From Peptococcaceae bacterium (GTDB lineage: Bacteria; Bacillota; Peptococcia; DRI-13; PHAD01): a DNA stretch of 64,000 nt. Of the stretch, positions 35,439 to 46,300 are shown in pieces. The position numbers and the translations under genes are program-made. The number at the start of each line of letters is the position of its first letter. Position 1 is the stretch's first letter. The notes beneath the pieces are model-generated. The model worked only from the letters and a program-made list of their open reading frames with translations. It made no database searches and was not told the origin of the DNA. Location of the stretch: positions 1,086-65,085 of the forward strand of contig JANLFJ010000016.1 of assembly GCA_024655825.1 (NCBI GenBank), read 5' to 3'.

Positions 35439-37220
35439 TTACTCTGTATTTATCTTAATATGCAGTTCTTTCAACTGCCCGGCCGTAACCCTTGACGGCG
35501 CCTGGCACATCAAATCCACAGCGCTCTGTGTTTTGGGAAAAGCGATGACGTCGCGGATGGTCTGCTTTTTGGCCATCAGCATGACCAGCCTGTCAATACC
35601 GAAAGCTATGCCTCCATGCGGTGGAACGCCGTATTCGAAAGCCTCCAGGAGGTAACCGAACTTTTCTTTTACCTCCTCCTGGGCCAGGCTGAGGGTTTTG
35701 AACATTTTTTCCTGCAGCCAGCGCCGGTGAATCCTGATGCTTCCCCCTCCTATTTCCACCCCGTTCAACACCATATCATACGCTACGGCCCTGACCCGTC
35801 CGGGATCGCTGTCCATCAGCGGAATATCCTCTTCCACGGGAGACGTAAAAGGATGGTGAACGGCCAGCCAGCGTTTTTCTTCGGGGGCCCATTCCAGCAG
35901 CGGGAAATCGATAACCCACAGGAAATTGAATTCATCCTGGTCAATCAGGTTTAATCTTTTGGCAATCTCCAGCCGCAGGTGCCCCAGTGAAGCGGCCACC
36001 ACACCCGGTTCGTCGGCTACCATGAGCAAAAGATCGCCCGGTCTGCCCTGCAGCCTGGCAACAAGAGCGGCAAGCTGCTCCTCGCCGAAAAATTTGGCAA
36101 TCGGCGATTTTATGCCTTCTTCTGTCAGGATAAAATAGGCCAGCCCTTTTGCGCCGTAAACGCCCGCAAATTGGGTCAACTCATCTATCTCTTTCCTGGA
36201 ATAGTGTCCCAATCCTTGCGCATTAATGGCTTTCACCCTCCCGCCGCGCTCCAGCGCCTGGCTGAAAACTTTGAACTGGCTTCCCCTGACTTCCTCACTG
36301 ACATCCACAAGCTCCAGGCCAAATCGTAAATCCGGCTTATCCACGCCGTAGCGCTCCATCGCCTCAGTATAGCTCAGCCGCGAAAACGGGGTTTTGATTT
36401 CCCTGTTCAGGGTTTTTTTAAACACGAAGGCAATCATATCTTCCATAATTGACAGGACATCCTCGCGTTCCACAAAAGACATTTCCACATCAAGCTGGGT
36501 AAATTCAGGCTGCCTGTCGGCTCTTAAATCTTCATCCCGGAAACAGCGAACCACCTGAAAATACCTGTCCACTCCCGATACCATCAGCAGCTGCTTAAAC
36601 AACTGTGGCGACTGGGGAAGAGCATAAAACTCTCCTTTGTGCAGGCGGCTGGGAACCAGGTAATCCCGCGCCCCTTCCGGAGAACTTTTGGTCAGCATGG
36701 GAGTTTCAATCTCCAAAAATCCCCGTGCCGAGAAATACTCCCTGATCGCCTGCACTGTTTCATGGCGCAGGATAAGGGCCTGCTGCATCACCGGCCTGCG
36801 CAAATCAAGGTAGCGGTATTTTAAGCGAACCGCCTCGTCCACGTCCAGTTCACCGGCCAGGCAAAACGGCGGTGTTTTGGCCGTATTCAGTATGCGAAAT
36901 TCGACGGCCGCGACCTCGACCTCCCCGGTCGCCAGGTTGGGATTTTCGCTCCCTTCCGGCCGGAGCCTGACTTCTCCCACTACGGCCAGTACGTATTCGT
37001 TGCGGATGGTTTCCGCCTTTTTGAAAAACTCTTCGCCCATTTTAGGGTCGAAAACGACCTGGACCAAGCCTTCTCTGTCCCTCAGGTCTATAAATATTAC
37101 CCCGCCGTGATCCCGCCGGCGGTTTACCCACCCCATTATGGTGACCGTCTCCCCCGCGTTTTCGCTGCTCAAATTGCCGCAGTAATGGCTGCGCTTCATG
37201 CCCCGAATCGTCTCACTCAT
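35439..37220 (-). CDS. aspS: Aspartate--tRNA ligase
   Basis: 593 aa. Class II motifs and the typical N-terminus ...HYCGNL...VTIMGWVNRRRDHGGVIFIDLRDREG. Confidence 0.97.
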   Translation of the reverse strand: MSETIRGMKRSHYCGNLSSENAGETVTIMGWVNRRRDHGGVIFIDLRDREGLVQVVFDPKMGEEFFKKAETIRNEYVLAVVGEVRLRPEGSENPNLATGEVEVAAVEFRILNTAKTPPFCLAGELDVDEAVRLKYRYLDLRRPVMQQALILRHETVQAIREYFSARGFLEIETPMLTKSSPEGARDYLVPSRLHKGEFYALPQSPQLFKQLLMVSGVDRYFQVVRCFRDEDLRADRQPEFTQLDVEMSFVEREDVLSIMEDMIAFVFKKTLNREIKTPFSRLSYTEAMERYGVDKPDLRFGLELVDVSEEVRGSQFKVFSQALERGGRVKAINAQGLGHYSRKEIDELTQFAGVYGAKGLAYFILTEEGIKSPIAKFFGEEQLAALVARLQGRPGDLLLMVADEPGVVAASLGHLRLEIAKRLNLIDQDEFNFLWVIDFPLLEWAPEEKRWLAVHHPFTSPVEEDIPLMDSDPGRVRAVAYDMVLNGVEIGGGSIRIHRRWLQEKMFKTLSLAQEEVKEKFGYLLEAFEYGVPPHGGIAFGIDRLVMLMAKKQTIRDVIAFPKTQSAVDLMCQAPSRVTAGQLKELHIKINTE

Positions 37221-38493
37221 TTTTTCCCGTTCCCTCCAAATCCTTTATTAGATAGTCCTCCACTTCATCCAGGGGAAGAACGACCTGGCTGCTGTCATTC
37301 ATCCTCCTGAGGACGGCCTGTTTTCGCTTCAATTCATCTTCTCCCAGAATGATTGTGTATGGAGCCCGGAGCCGGTCGGCTGCTTTTAACTGTGCTTTCA
37401 GGCTCCTGTCCAGGTAGTCCCTTTCCACGGCCAGCCCACGCCGGCGCAGTTTCTGCGCCAGTTCGGCGCTCTTGAGGTCCGCTTCCTGGCCAATCGCGGC
37501 GATAAATACTTGAATTCCTCCCTTCACGCCGATTTCCAGACCTTGCTGCTCCAAGGTGTTCAGGATGCGTTCCAGCCCCATGGCAAAGCCTATTCCCGGC
37601 ATGGGAGGACCGCCGCACTGTTCGACCAATCCGTCATACCTTCCCCCTCCGCAAATGGACGACTGCGCGCCTATTCCTTCGGCCGCTATTTCAAAGGCGG
37701 TCATGGTATAATAATCCAGCCCTCTTACCAGGCGAGGTTCCAGGCGAAAGGGGACCTGCAAAACGGCGAGATACTCCTTCACCTTTTGGAAATGCTCCCG
37801 GCAGCCGCCACACAGCATATCTGAAACAGCCGGAACATCGCGGGCCAGTTCCCGGCACTCCGGGTTCTTGCAGTCAAGAATACGGAGGGGATTTTTTTCG
37901 AACCTCTCCCCGCAGGTCGGGCACAGTTTTGCCTTGAGTGGCTTCAAATACTCCTTCATCTTCAGGGCATGAGCCGGCCGGCACTCCGGGCAGCCCACGC
38001 TGTTAAGCTCCACGGTCAGCCCGCGCAAACCCAGGCGTTCGAACACATCCAGGGCCATAGCTATCACTTCGGCATCTACCCCGGGGTGGCGCGAACCAAT
38101 CACCTCTACGCCGAACTGGTGAAACTGGCGGTAGCGGCCGGCCTGCGGCCTGTCATAGCGAAACATGGGGCCCAGGTAGTAAAATTTTACAGGCTGCGGC
38201 CCGGCATAAAGCTTGTGTTCTACGTAAGCCCGCACCGCGGGTGCGGTCCCTTCGGGGCGCAGGGTCAAGGACCGCTCGCCCCTGTCTGAAAAGGTGTACA
38301 TTTCCTTGGATACGATGTCTGTCGTCTCTCCAACGCCGCGCAAAAACAGTTCGGTGTGTTCAAAAACCGGCGTGCGCAATTCTTCAAAACCATACAGGCA
38401 CGCAACTTCGCGCAGCAGGCCCTCCAGATAATGCCATTTTTCAATTTCCCCGGCCAGGAAGTCGTTCGTTCCTCTGGGTCTGGTTGTAAGCAT
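37213..38493 (-). CDS. hisS: Histidine--tRNA ligase
   Basis: 426 aa from MLTTRPRGTNDFLAGE. The ORF-track start at 38529 would overlap the hemZ stop (ATGCCTGA). Overlaps aspS by 8 nt. Confidence 0.95.
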   Translation of the reverse strand: MLTTRPRGTNDFLAGEIEKWHYLEGLLREVACLYGFEELRTPVFEHTELFLRGVGETTDIVSKEMYTFSDRGERSLTLRPEGTAPAVRAYVEHKLYAGPQPVKFYYLGPMFRYDRPQAGRYRQFHQFGVEVIGSRHPGVDAEVIAMALDVFERLGLRGLTVELNSVGCPECRPAHALKMKEYLKPLKAKLCPTCGERFEKNPLRILDCKNPECRELARDVPAVSDMLCGGCREHFQKVKEYLAVLQVPFRLEPRLVRGLDYYTMTAFEIAAEGIGAQSSICGGGRYDGLVEQCGGPPMPGIGFAMGLERILNTLEQQGLEIGVKGGIQVFIAAIGQEADLKSAELAQKLRRRGLAVERDYLDRSLKAQLKAADRLRAPYTIILGEDELKRKQAVLRRMNDSSQVVLPLDEVEDYLIKDLEGTGKNE

Positions 38494-38521
38494 GCCAAAC
38501 CATCCTTCCACAATAATATAG

Positions 38522-40087
38522 TCAGGCATTTTCGTTTACAAAGGCTTCCAGCCTGTCGACCTTCCTTTTGATTAAATCTTCCAGCCGGGCCATGTAAACC
38601 AGCAAGTCCTTTGGATTATAAAAATTATCGACACTCCAGTTCCTTACATTCACAATTTTGCTGCCAGCCCCCACGCCAAAACCGAGGACCGTCTGTCTTT
38701 CCTCCATCATTTGAATGTTGTAAAGGCACGGATACCCTTCCAGGGTATAACCCACATTCTCACCATGCGCCAGTATCTCTTTTTGCCTGTAAAGGTAGTA
38801 CGGTTGATAACCCGCCCCCTCCAGCATTTCGCGCGCCTCTTCCATCATGGCCCGGCCTTCGTCGTGGCCGGGAAGCCGCAGTTCCAGCCTTTCCTGCCTG
38901 TAAAGAGCCGCCCTTTTAATTGCCAGGGCATGGAGCGTAATGTTTTCCGGCTTCCAGGCAAGAACCCTTTTCAGGGTGCCGGCAAGCACTTCCCTGTTTT
39001 CGCCGGGCAAGCCGATAATCAGGTCCATGTTAATCGCTGGTATCCCCGCTTTCCTGGCCAGCCGCACGCTTTCTTCCACCGCGCCGGTAGTGTGCTGTCT
39101 CCCGATGGACAGCAGGGTCGGTTCGTGCATGGTCTGGGGATTAATGCTTATCCTTTCCACTTTATGGCTTTTCAAGACAACAAGTTTTTCCTTATCGATC
39201 GTATCCGGCCGTCCGCCTTCTACCGTAATTTCGCACTTTTCTTCCCTGGGCAAGTTCTGCTCAAAAGCTGACAGCACCCCGTCAAGCTGTTCGGGCGTAA
39301 GCACGGTGGGAGTTCCTCCCCCCAAGTAGAACGTCTGTACCGTAAGTCCCGCTTTTTCCAGCAGTTCGCCCGTCGACCGTATTTCCCTGTACAAGGCCTC
39401 AAGGTAACCGGAAAGGAGATGGCCCCATTTCCCGAGCGAGTACGAAGGAAAAGAGCAATAATGGCAACGGGTAGGGCAAAAAGGGATCCCGGCATAGACG
39501 CTGACCCTTCTTCTGGCTTCATCTTTGGCCAGCAAGTATGGCCTCTGGTTGCCGGCTGTGTTTATTACCAGGCGAGCCCGCGAACTGCTCAGGCCAAAGT
39601 CGCGCCTAAGGTGAAACAGCGCTTCTTCCCCGCTAAACCCCTGATCAAGCAGCCTGTGCACAATTTTGGTCGGCCGGACACCTGTCAGGATGCCCCACGG
39701 GCTTGGCTCCAAAACGTCGCTTTTTTCGTTTCCTTTTTCTATCATGTCCGCGCAGTAAGAAGAAATAGCTTTATACACAGCAAGGCGCATAAGCCTGCGT
39801 TCCCGGTTCGTTTTCTCTTCTCCAAACATCCCGGGCTGCAAGCACTCCGTGTGATAGTATTTCTTCCCCTCCGCAACCAGGACAGCGCCGAATCCAGGAC
39901 TGCTGCCGGCAATCCTCCGGATAACCAGCACTTTTTCCGCCGTCTGCCGGCTTTCGGCTTCCAACCCTGTCTTGAGCGCCGGGACGTGTTCCAAAACGAT
40001 GCCCGGAAAATGCGCTCTCAGCAGATCGTGCAAAACAGCAGCATCCCCGGCTTCATCAGAAATAATCATAATCTTTTTCCTGGTCAT
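38522..40087 (-). CDS. hemZ: Radical-SAM coproporphyrinogen-dehydrogenase-like protein (HemZ type)
   Basis: 521 aa. CxxxCxxC (CPTRCHYCSF) radical-SAM motif and a HemN-like body with a long N-terminal extension. Confidence 0.8.
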   Translation of the reverse strand: MTRKKIMIISDEAGDAAVLHDLLRAHFPGIVLEHVPALKTGLEAESRQTAEKVLVIRRIAGSSPGFGAVLVAEGKKYYHTECLQPGMFGEEKTNRERRLMRLAVYKAISSYCADMIEKGNEKSDVLEPSPWGILTGVRPTKIVHRLLDQGFSGEEALFHLRRDFGLSSSRARLVINTAGNQRPYLLAKDEARRRVSVYAGIPFCPTRCHYCSFPSYSLGKWGHLLSGYLEALYREIRSTGELLEKAGLTVQTFYLGGGTPTVLTPEQLDGVLSAFEQNLPREEKCEITVEGGRPDTIDKEKLVVLKSHKVERISINPQTMHEPTLLSIGRQHTTGAVEESVRLARKAGIPAINMDLIIGLPGENREVLAGTLKRVLAWKPENITLHALAIKRAALYRQERLELRLPGHDEGRAMMEEAREMLEGAGYQPYYLYRQKEILAHGENVGYTLEGYPCLYNIQMMEERQTVLGFGVGAGSKIVNVRNWSVDNFYNPKDLLVYMARLEDLIKRKVDRLEAFVNENA

Positions 40088-40707
40088 TTTATTAAAAAAG
40101 GATTCCCCGTTCTTTCCCGCCCTACGGTTGAACTCGGCCCATGCCCGGGAAGTACGGCTACATCGTCCCCCAGAGGCAGTATTTTCGTTTTGATTGATTT
40201 TATCAACTGCTCAAAAGAACCTCCTGGAAAATCGGTCCGGCCGATCGAGTACTGGAACAGCGTATCGCCGGTAAAACATGCCTCCCCGCCGAAAAGGCAT
40301 ATGCCACCCCTTGTGTGCCCGGGTGTATGGAGGACTGTAAAACTCATGCCGCCAACCTCCAGTATCTCCCCGTCCTTGAGCAGCCTGTCCGGCGCCGGCT
40401 TATTGATCCCTTTGCCGGTAAAAACCGACAAATTTTTAGCGGCGTCAGTTAACATGGGAGCATCCTCCTCGTGTATTAAAAGCACTGCCCCCGTCGCATC
40501 CTTTATGTACTGGTTAGCCCCGATGTGGTCGCTGTGCCCGTGAGTGTTGACAATGTATTTTACTTTAATTCCGTTTTTTTCGATTTCTCTCATTATCTTC
40601 GGGCCCTCTGCGCCCGGGTCAATAGCCAGACCTTCCTTGCTCCCCTCGTCATAAACAAGATAACAGTTCGCTTCGATTGGCCCGACCGGCATAACAATAA
40701 TTTTCAC
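40084..40707 (-). CDS. MBL-fold metallo-hydrolase
   Basis: 207 aa. HGHSDH motif and further His/Asp ligands. Confidence 0.88.
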   Translation of the reverse strand: MKIIVMPVGPIEANCYLVYDEGSKEGLAIDPGAEGPKIMREIEKNGIKVKYIVNTHGHSDHIGANQYIKDATGAVLLIHEEDAPMLTDAAKNLSVFTGKGINKPAPDRLLKDGEILEVGGMSFTVLHTPGHTRGGICLFGGEACFTGDTLFQYSIGRTDFPGGSFEQLIKSIKTKILPLGDDVAVLPGHGPSSTVGRERTGNPFLIK

Positions 40708-40719
40708 GGCAATCCCTCC

Positions 40720-41169
40720 CTAGAATAATTTCCTGCTGTCAAGAAGCATAGTAACAGGACCGTCATTTTCTATTCTTACCAGCATGCTTTCCTGAAAAAC
40801 GCCCGTACCGACTTTCACGCCCCTTTTCTCAAGTTCATTAACAAACAGCCTGTACAGGGTGTTCGCGGTTTCCGGCGGAGCAGCTCCGGTAAACCCCGGC
40901 CTCCTGCCCTGCCGACAGTCGCCGTAAAGCGTAAACTGGGATACCGCTAGAATTTCGCCGCCTGTATCTGCTACCGAAAGGTTCATTTTACCGGTCTCGT
41001 CCTCAAAGATTCGCAGGTTCACTATTTTCTCGGCCAGGTACACGGCATCGTCTTCCCGGTCGCCGCGGCCCACGCCAAGCAAGACCACCAATCCCCGGCC
41101 GATTTCGCTGATCGTTTTATCTTCTATCAGGACTGAACCTTTTCGAACTCTTTGCACGACAGCCCGCAT
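40720..41169 (-). CDS. dtd: D-aminoacyl-tRNA deacylase
   Basis: 149 aa. MRAVVQRV...GLVVLLGV...SQFTLYGD motifs. Confidence 0.95.
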   Translation of the reverse strand: MRAVVQRVRKGSVLIEDKTISEIGRGLVVLLGVGRGDREDDAVYLAEKIVNLRIFEDETGKMNLSVADTGGEILAVSQFTLYGDCRQGRRPGFTGAAPPETANTLYRLFVNELEKRGVKVGTGVFQESMLVRIENDGPVTMLLDSRKLF

Positions 41170-41189
41170 AAGACACGCCTCCCTTTTGT

Positions 41190-43370
41190 TTACTTGTGCG
41201 GGGTAACCCGGAATACGTCGACCACGTCTTTTACTCTTTTAACTTTTTCTTTTATCTGGTTGAGCTGGCTGAGGCTGCGGATCTCAATCTTCAGGTTGAC
41301 CGTAGCCTGGCTGTTGCGAGTTGCGCGCGCCCGCACGGCATTGATCGGCACCTTCATATCGGCGATTGTGTTCATGATATCCGTGGTCAGCCGGGAACGA
41401 TCCGCAGCCAGGACCTCGATTTCCACCTGGTACGTGCTTTCGCTGTTCTCGTCCCAGGCCACGTCTACAATGCGGCCCTGTTCTTCCTGCATATGATAGG
41501 TGATATTCGGGCAATCGCAGCGGTGAACGGAGACTCCCCGTCCCCGCGTAATATATCCGACTATTGAGTCCCCGGGGAGAGGGTTGCAGCAGCGGGCAAA
41601 GCGGATCATCACATCGTCCGCGCCGCGCACGCGTACTCCCTGCTGCGCTCTGCCGTAATCAGGCGCTCTTTTTGCTTCCGTGATAAATTCGGGAAAAAGA
41701 GTATCTTCCTGCGGTTTTTTAAGTTTAAGCAGGTCGTCTTTTAACCGGGTAATAACCTGCAGGGGGCTGATCGCGCCTTCTCCAATGGCCGCCAGCAAAT
41801 CTTCGGGCTGGTGCATGCTGAAGCGCTTCACTATTTCTATAAACCTCTCCGCTTTAAAAAGCTCAACCGGGTCAAGGCCCTGTTTCTTAAACTCTTTTTC
41901 CAGCAGTTCCCGGCCGCGCTGGATATTCTCGTCTTTTTGTTCCTTTTTAAACCACTGCCTGATCCTGTTTTTAGCCTGCGAAGTATTGACCATCTTCAGC
42001 CAGTCCCTGCTGGGACCGCCGGCCTGCTTGGAAGTCAGTATTTCCACAATGTCGCCGTTTTTCAAAACATAATCAAGCGGCACGATCCTGCCGTTCACTT
42101 TTGCGCCTATGCAGCGATGACCAACATCCGAATGAATCCTGTAGGCAAAATCAATCGGTATGGACCCTGCCGGCAGTTCAATCACGTCGCCCTTGGGCGT
42201 AAAGACGAACACCACATCGGAAAAAACATCTATCTTTAAGGTTTCCATGAATTCTTTCGTGTCCCGGACCTCGGTCTGCCACTCCAGTATTTGCCTGAGC
42301 CAGGCCAGCCTTTTTTCAAAATCCTTGCTGCCGCCTTTCGCGCCTTCTTTGTATTTCCAGTGGGCGGCAATTCCGAACTCCGCCGTCCTGTGCATTTCCA
42401 GGGTGCGTATCTGTATTTCAAAGGGTTCCCCCTTGTATCCCATGACCGTCGTGTGAAGAGACTGGTACATATTAGGCTTGGGCATGGCGATGTAATCCTT
42501 AAACCTGCCGGGGATCGGTTTCCAAAGGGTATGGATTATTCCCAGGGTGCCGTAGCAGTCCTTGACGCTTTCTACTATCACTCTCACAGCTATCAGGTCG
42601 TAAAGCTCATTTAAATCGCGGCCTTTTTCTTCCATCTTTTTATATATCGAATAAAAATGCTTGGGTCTGCCCTGGATGTCGGCCTTAATGCCTACTTCCG
42701 CCAGTTTTTCCTTCAGTTTGGCGATGACTTCCTGGATATAGACCTCGCGTTCCTGCCTTTTCATCGTGATCCTGTTTGAAAGGTCATAGTATTTATGCGG
42801 CATGAGGTAGCGGAAAGACAAGTCTTCCAGCTCCCATTTGAAAGCGAATATGCCTAAGCGGTGGGCAAGCGGAGCAAATATTTCTAGCGTCTCCTCGGCA
42901 ATCTCTTTTTGTTTCCATGCCGGGTGGTGTTCCAGTGTCCGCATATTGTGAAGCCGGTCGGCCAGCTTGATGAGGATGACGCGAATATCCTTGGCCATAG
43001 CCAGGAACATCTTGCGCAAGTTTTCGACCTGCTGTTCCTCCTTGGTGCGGAATTCTATCCGGCTTAACTTGGTAACCCCGTCCACAAGGTAGGCCGTCTC
43101 TGCTCCAAAGTTTTTTTCGATTTCGCTTAAAGGAACCTTTGTGTCCTCGACCACATCATGGAGAAGAGCAGCGGTAATGGTGGGGAGGTCAAGTTCCAGG
43201 CGGGCCAGCAAATAGGCCACCGCAAGAGGGTGGGTAATATAGGGTTCCCCCGAATTCCTCACCTGCCCTGCATGGGCTTTCAGGGCAAACTCGTGAGCAT
43301 TTTTCACCATATTCAATTCGCTCTCCGGGATATACTTTTTTAACCTTTCCACCAGTTCTTCGAAAGACAA
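41190..43370 (-). CDS. relA: Bifunctional (p)ppGpp synthetase/hydrolase Rel
   Basis: 726 aa. HD hydrolase (HPLAVA...LHDVVEDT), synthetase, TGS and ACT regions are recognisable. Confidence 0.96.
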   Translation of the reverse strand: MSFEELVERLKKYIPESELNMVKNAHEFALKAHAGQVRNSGEPYITHPLAVAYLLARLELDLPTITAALLHDVVEDTKVPLSEIEKNFGAETAYLVDGVTKLSRIEFRTKEEQQVENLRKMFLAMAKDIRVILIKLADRLHNMRTLEHHPAWKQKEIAEETLEIFAPLAHRLGIFAFKWELEDLSFRYLMPHKYYDLSNRITMKRQEREVYIQEVIAKLKEKLAEVGIKADIQGRPKHFYSIYKKMEEKGRDLNELYDLIAVRVIVESVKDCYGTLGIIHTLWKPIPGRFKDYIAMPKPNMYQSLHTTVMGYKGEPFEIQIRTLEMHRTAEFGIAAHWKYKEGAKGGSKDFEKRLAWLRQILEWQTEVRDTKEFMETLKIDVFSDVVFVFTPKGDVIELPAGSIPIDFAYRIHSDVGHRCIGAKVNGRIVPLDYVLKNGDIVEILTSKQAGGPSRDWLKMVNTSQAKNRIRQWFKKEQKDENIQRGRELLEKEFKKQGLDPVELFKAERFIEIVKRFSMHQPEDLLAAIGEGAISPLQVITRLKDDLLKLKKPQEDTLFPEFITEAKRAPDYGRAQQGVRVRGADDVMIRFARCCNPLPGDSIVGYITRGRGVSVHRCDCPNITYHMQEEQGRIVDVAWDENSESTYQVEIEVLAADRSRLTTDIMNTIADMKVPINAVRARATRNSQATVNLKIEIRSLSQLNQIKEKVKRVKDVVDVFRVTPHK

Positions 43371-43390
43371 CTATTACACCACCATATTTA

Positions 43391-46300
43391 TCATCTGCTG
43401 TGCAACCTTAACCCTTTCCCGGGAATAATGGGCTTATTGACTGCCGCCAGTATTTCCTCGCTGTTTTCCTGCAGAGCGAAAGCGGAAAACTCCTGGAACT
43501 CCTCCCATTCGCCGAGTCCCTCCAGGTAGCGTACCGAATCGCTAAGATCAAGCTTTCCGGGTGGCGGGGGCGCGAAATGAATTTGGCGCCTGTTTCCTTC
43601 CATTTCCCGTAAAACCAAGCCGAGTTCCTCCAGGATGGCAAGACAGGCCGATGCCGTTTGCTCACGGAAATTCTTTAAACCTGCCGCCTGCATGGCTTCC
43701 TTTATTTCGGCATTTGTAACCTGCAGCGGATTGGCCTTCTGGGCCATTTCCCTCAAGTAAAGATACACCTTTCTCAGTACCTCCCTTGAGGGAGCGGCAT
43801 TTTCCAGAATCAACTCGTTCAGGGCTTTGTCTTTCTCTCCAAAAAGAATATGGATATAGGCCTCCGCGCCGTCACGACCTGCGCGGCCTGCCAGCTGGTT
43901 AAACTCTGCCCGGGAAAAGCAGAGGTGATAAAGGACAACGTGCTTGATGTCGGGTATGTCTATCCCTTCGCCGAAGGCACTCGTTGTGACCATTACCCGC
44001 AGCGCCCCCTGGCGGAACATGTCCTCCAGGGTTTTTCGGTATTCGCGGTTCAAACCGCCGTGGTAGAATGCTATTTCCTCCCGGGCCGGCGGGTAAAAAA
44101 GGCGGAGATCGCCTGCTAACTGGTAGGCCTGTTTTCTGCTGTTTACATAAATTACAATCCTCTCCCCGCCGGAAACAAGGTTGATAAGATAAGCCAGTTT
44201 GTCTTTTTCCTCCCGCCTGTCAACCAGGCGAAGATTAACCCTGGTATGCTCTTCAACGATGACCCGCTCGCAGGATAAGGCATCGACAATTGCTTGGCCG
44301 GTTTCATCTCCGGCTGTTGCGGTAACCGCCAGCGCCTGCGGTGAGCCGAGCTCGCGCCAGGTTCCCGGCAGCAGCCTGTATCCCCGACGCTTGCCGCAGG
44401 CCAAGTGGTGGGCTTCGTCAACCACAAGAAGCCCCAGAATGCCGGAAACGCTTTTGAATTTCTCCCGGTGATAAGCAAGAAATTCGGGAGTGGTCAGCAC
44501 AATATCGATATTTCCCTGGATCATTCGATGAAAAAATTGCCTTTTTTCTTCGATGCTGGCGGCGCCGCTTATTGCTTCCACCATTACCCCCAGGCCGGCC
44601 ATCTTTGGCCAAAGATGCTGCAGCTGATCGTTGAGCAGGGAGCGTAAGGGATAAACAATAACTGTAACCTGTCTTCTCACCAGGGCGAAATAGGCGGACA
44701 CACTCTGGAAAACGGCGGATTTACCCCTCCCGGTCGCAAAAACAACCAGTGAATTGTGCCCCGCTTTTAAGGCCTCGATGGCTTCCCTTTGTTTTTCGCG
44801 GTAGCCGTTTTTCCCTAAAACCGCCTGCCTGATCCTCTCCTCTATTTCCCCGGGCTGGAGACGGGCGATTTGCCGTCTTTTTTCTTCAAGACTGGCCGGG
44901 TCTGTCTCCAGCCCGGTTTTTTTTATGCAGATATTAACACCCAGGCTTTTCCTTTCACAACCTGTAACCCGGACAACGAAAGCCTCATAAAGAACACCCC
45001 TGTCCAGGGCGGGAGCCAGGTTGCGCGCCAGGCGGGAGTTCAAATAGCCGATGCGCACGCCCTGCCAGAAAACGGCAACAGCATGGCGGTCACAGGCGTT
45101 GCCGGCTTCACGCCTTATTTCCACGCTATCGCCATCCTGGATGTCCTTGATAACATCCTGCCGGTTTTCAAAAGTCACCCCGGCAAGTTTCGTGAAAAAT
45201 TCTTCGCGATTAACGACATCCCGGTAAAAATCGTCCTCCAGCCAAACTTGGCCTTCCTGGTAAAGACGATCCAAAAAAGATGCGGGCTGAAAAGGGTCGT
45301 CCCTATCCCGGCTGGATTTCAGGTGTTTTATGACCAGCTGCAATTCAGTTCGCCCGTTATAAGTATTAATATCCGGATAAAAAGCCACGTCGCACCTGTC
45401 CCAGGAGTCTACCAGCTCTTTTAAACTTCCTTTTTGAAAAGCAATGCCGTCCAGCCAGCCGTTTTCGCCGAGCAACCGCAGTTTGAGATGCGCTCCTCCG
45501 GCGCCCACCTTCCGGCAGTTCACGAGCTGCCGGGCTCTCAACACTAAAAGCGGACTAGCATTATGATAACCGAAAGGAGCCATCATTGCAATCTCCTCAA
45601 CCAAACCAGGAGTCAAATCTTGACAAGATACTTCGCAGTCCGCGTTGATCACCGGGACCATGTCTTTTTCCTGCAGAACCTCCCCGGCAAATCTCTCCAG
45701 GGTCTCTTTCAAGGAGGGTACCTGCTCCTGCCGCACTGATAAACCCGCCGCCATTTCATGCCCGCCGAAAGTAAGCAGCATCTCCTTGCCGTATTCGAGA
45801 GCCTCGTAAAGGTTAAATCCCGGAATGCTCCTGCCCGAACCTTTCCCCAGGCCCTTCTCCAGGCTGATCATTATCACCGGCCGGTAATACTTTTCAGCCA
45901 GGCGCGAGGCCACAATCCCGATTACTCCTGGATGCCAGCCTTCGGATGCAAGGACGATAACTTTTTCTTCGGAAAGGTCCACCTGGTTCTGCACCATAGC
46001 CTCGGCCTGTTTCAGGATTCTCATCTCCAGGTTTTGCCTAGCCCTGTTCTCCTTATCCAGAAATGCCGCCGCTTCCCTGCACCGCTCCTCATCCTCCGCC
46101 AGGAGCAGCTCCACTCCCAGGTCCGCCCTGCCCAAACGCCCGCAGGCATTAAGACGCGGCGCCAGGATAAAGCCGGCCTGTTCCGCCGTAATATCTCTCC
46201 CGGCCGTGCCGCACACTTCCATGAGGGCTGCCAGCCCCGGGCGTTTCCCCTGCCGGAGCAGGGGAAGCCCTTCCTTGACAAGTATCCTGTTCTCGCCGCA

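Noticed and set aside
39419-40543. 374-aa plus-strand ORF
   Set aside because: It is antisense to the hemZ-like and MBL-hydrolase genes. It is Pro/Arg/Ser-rich with no motifs and no SD.
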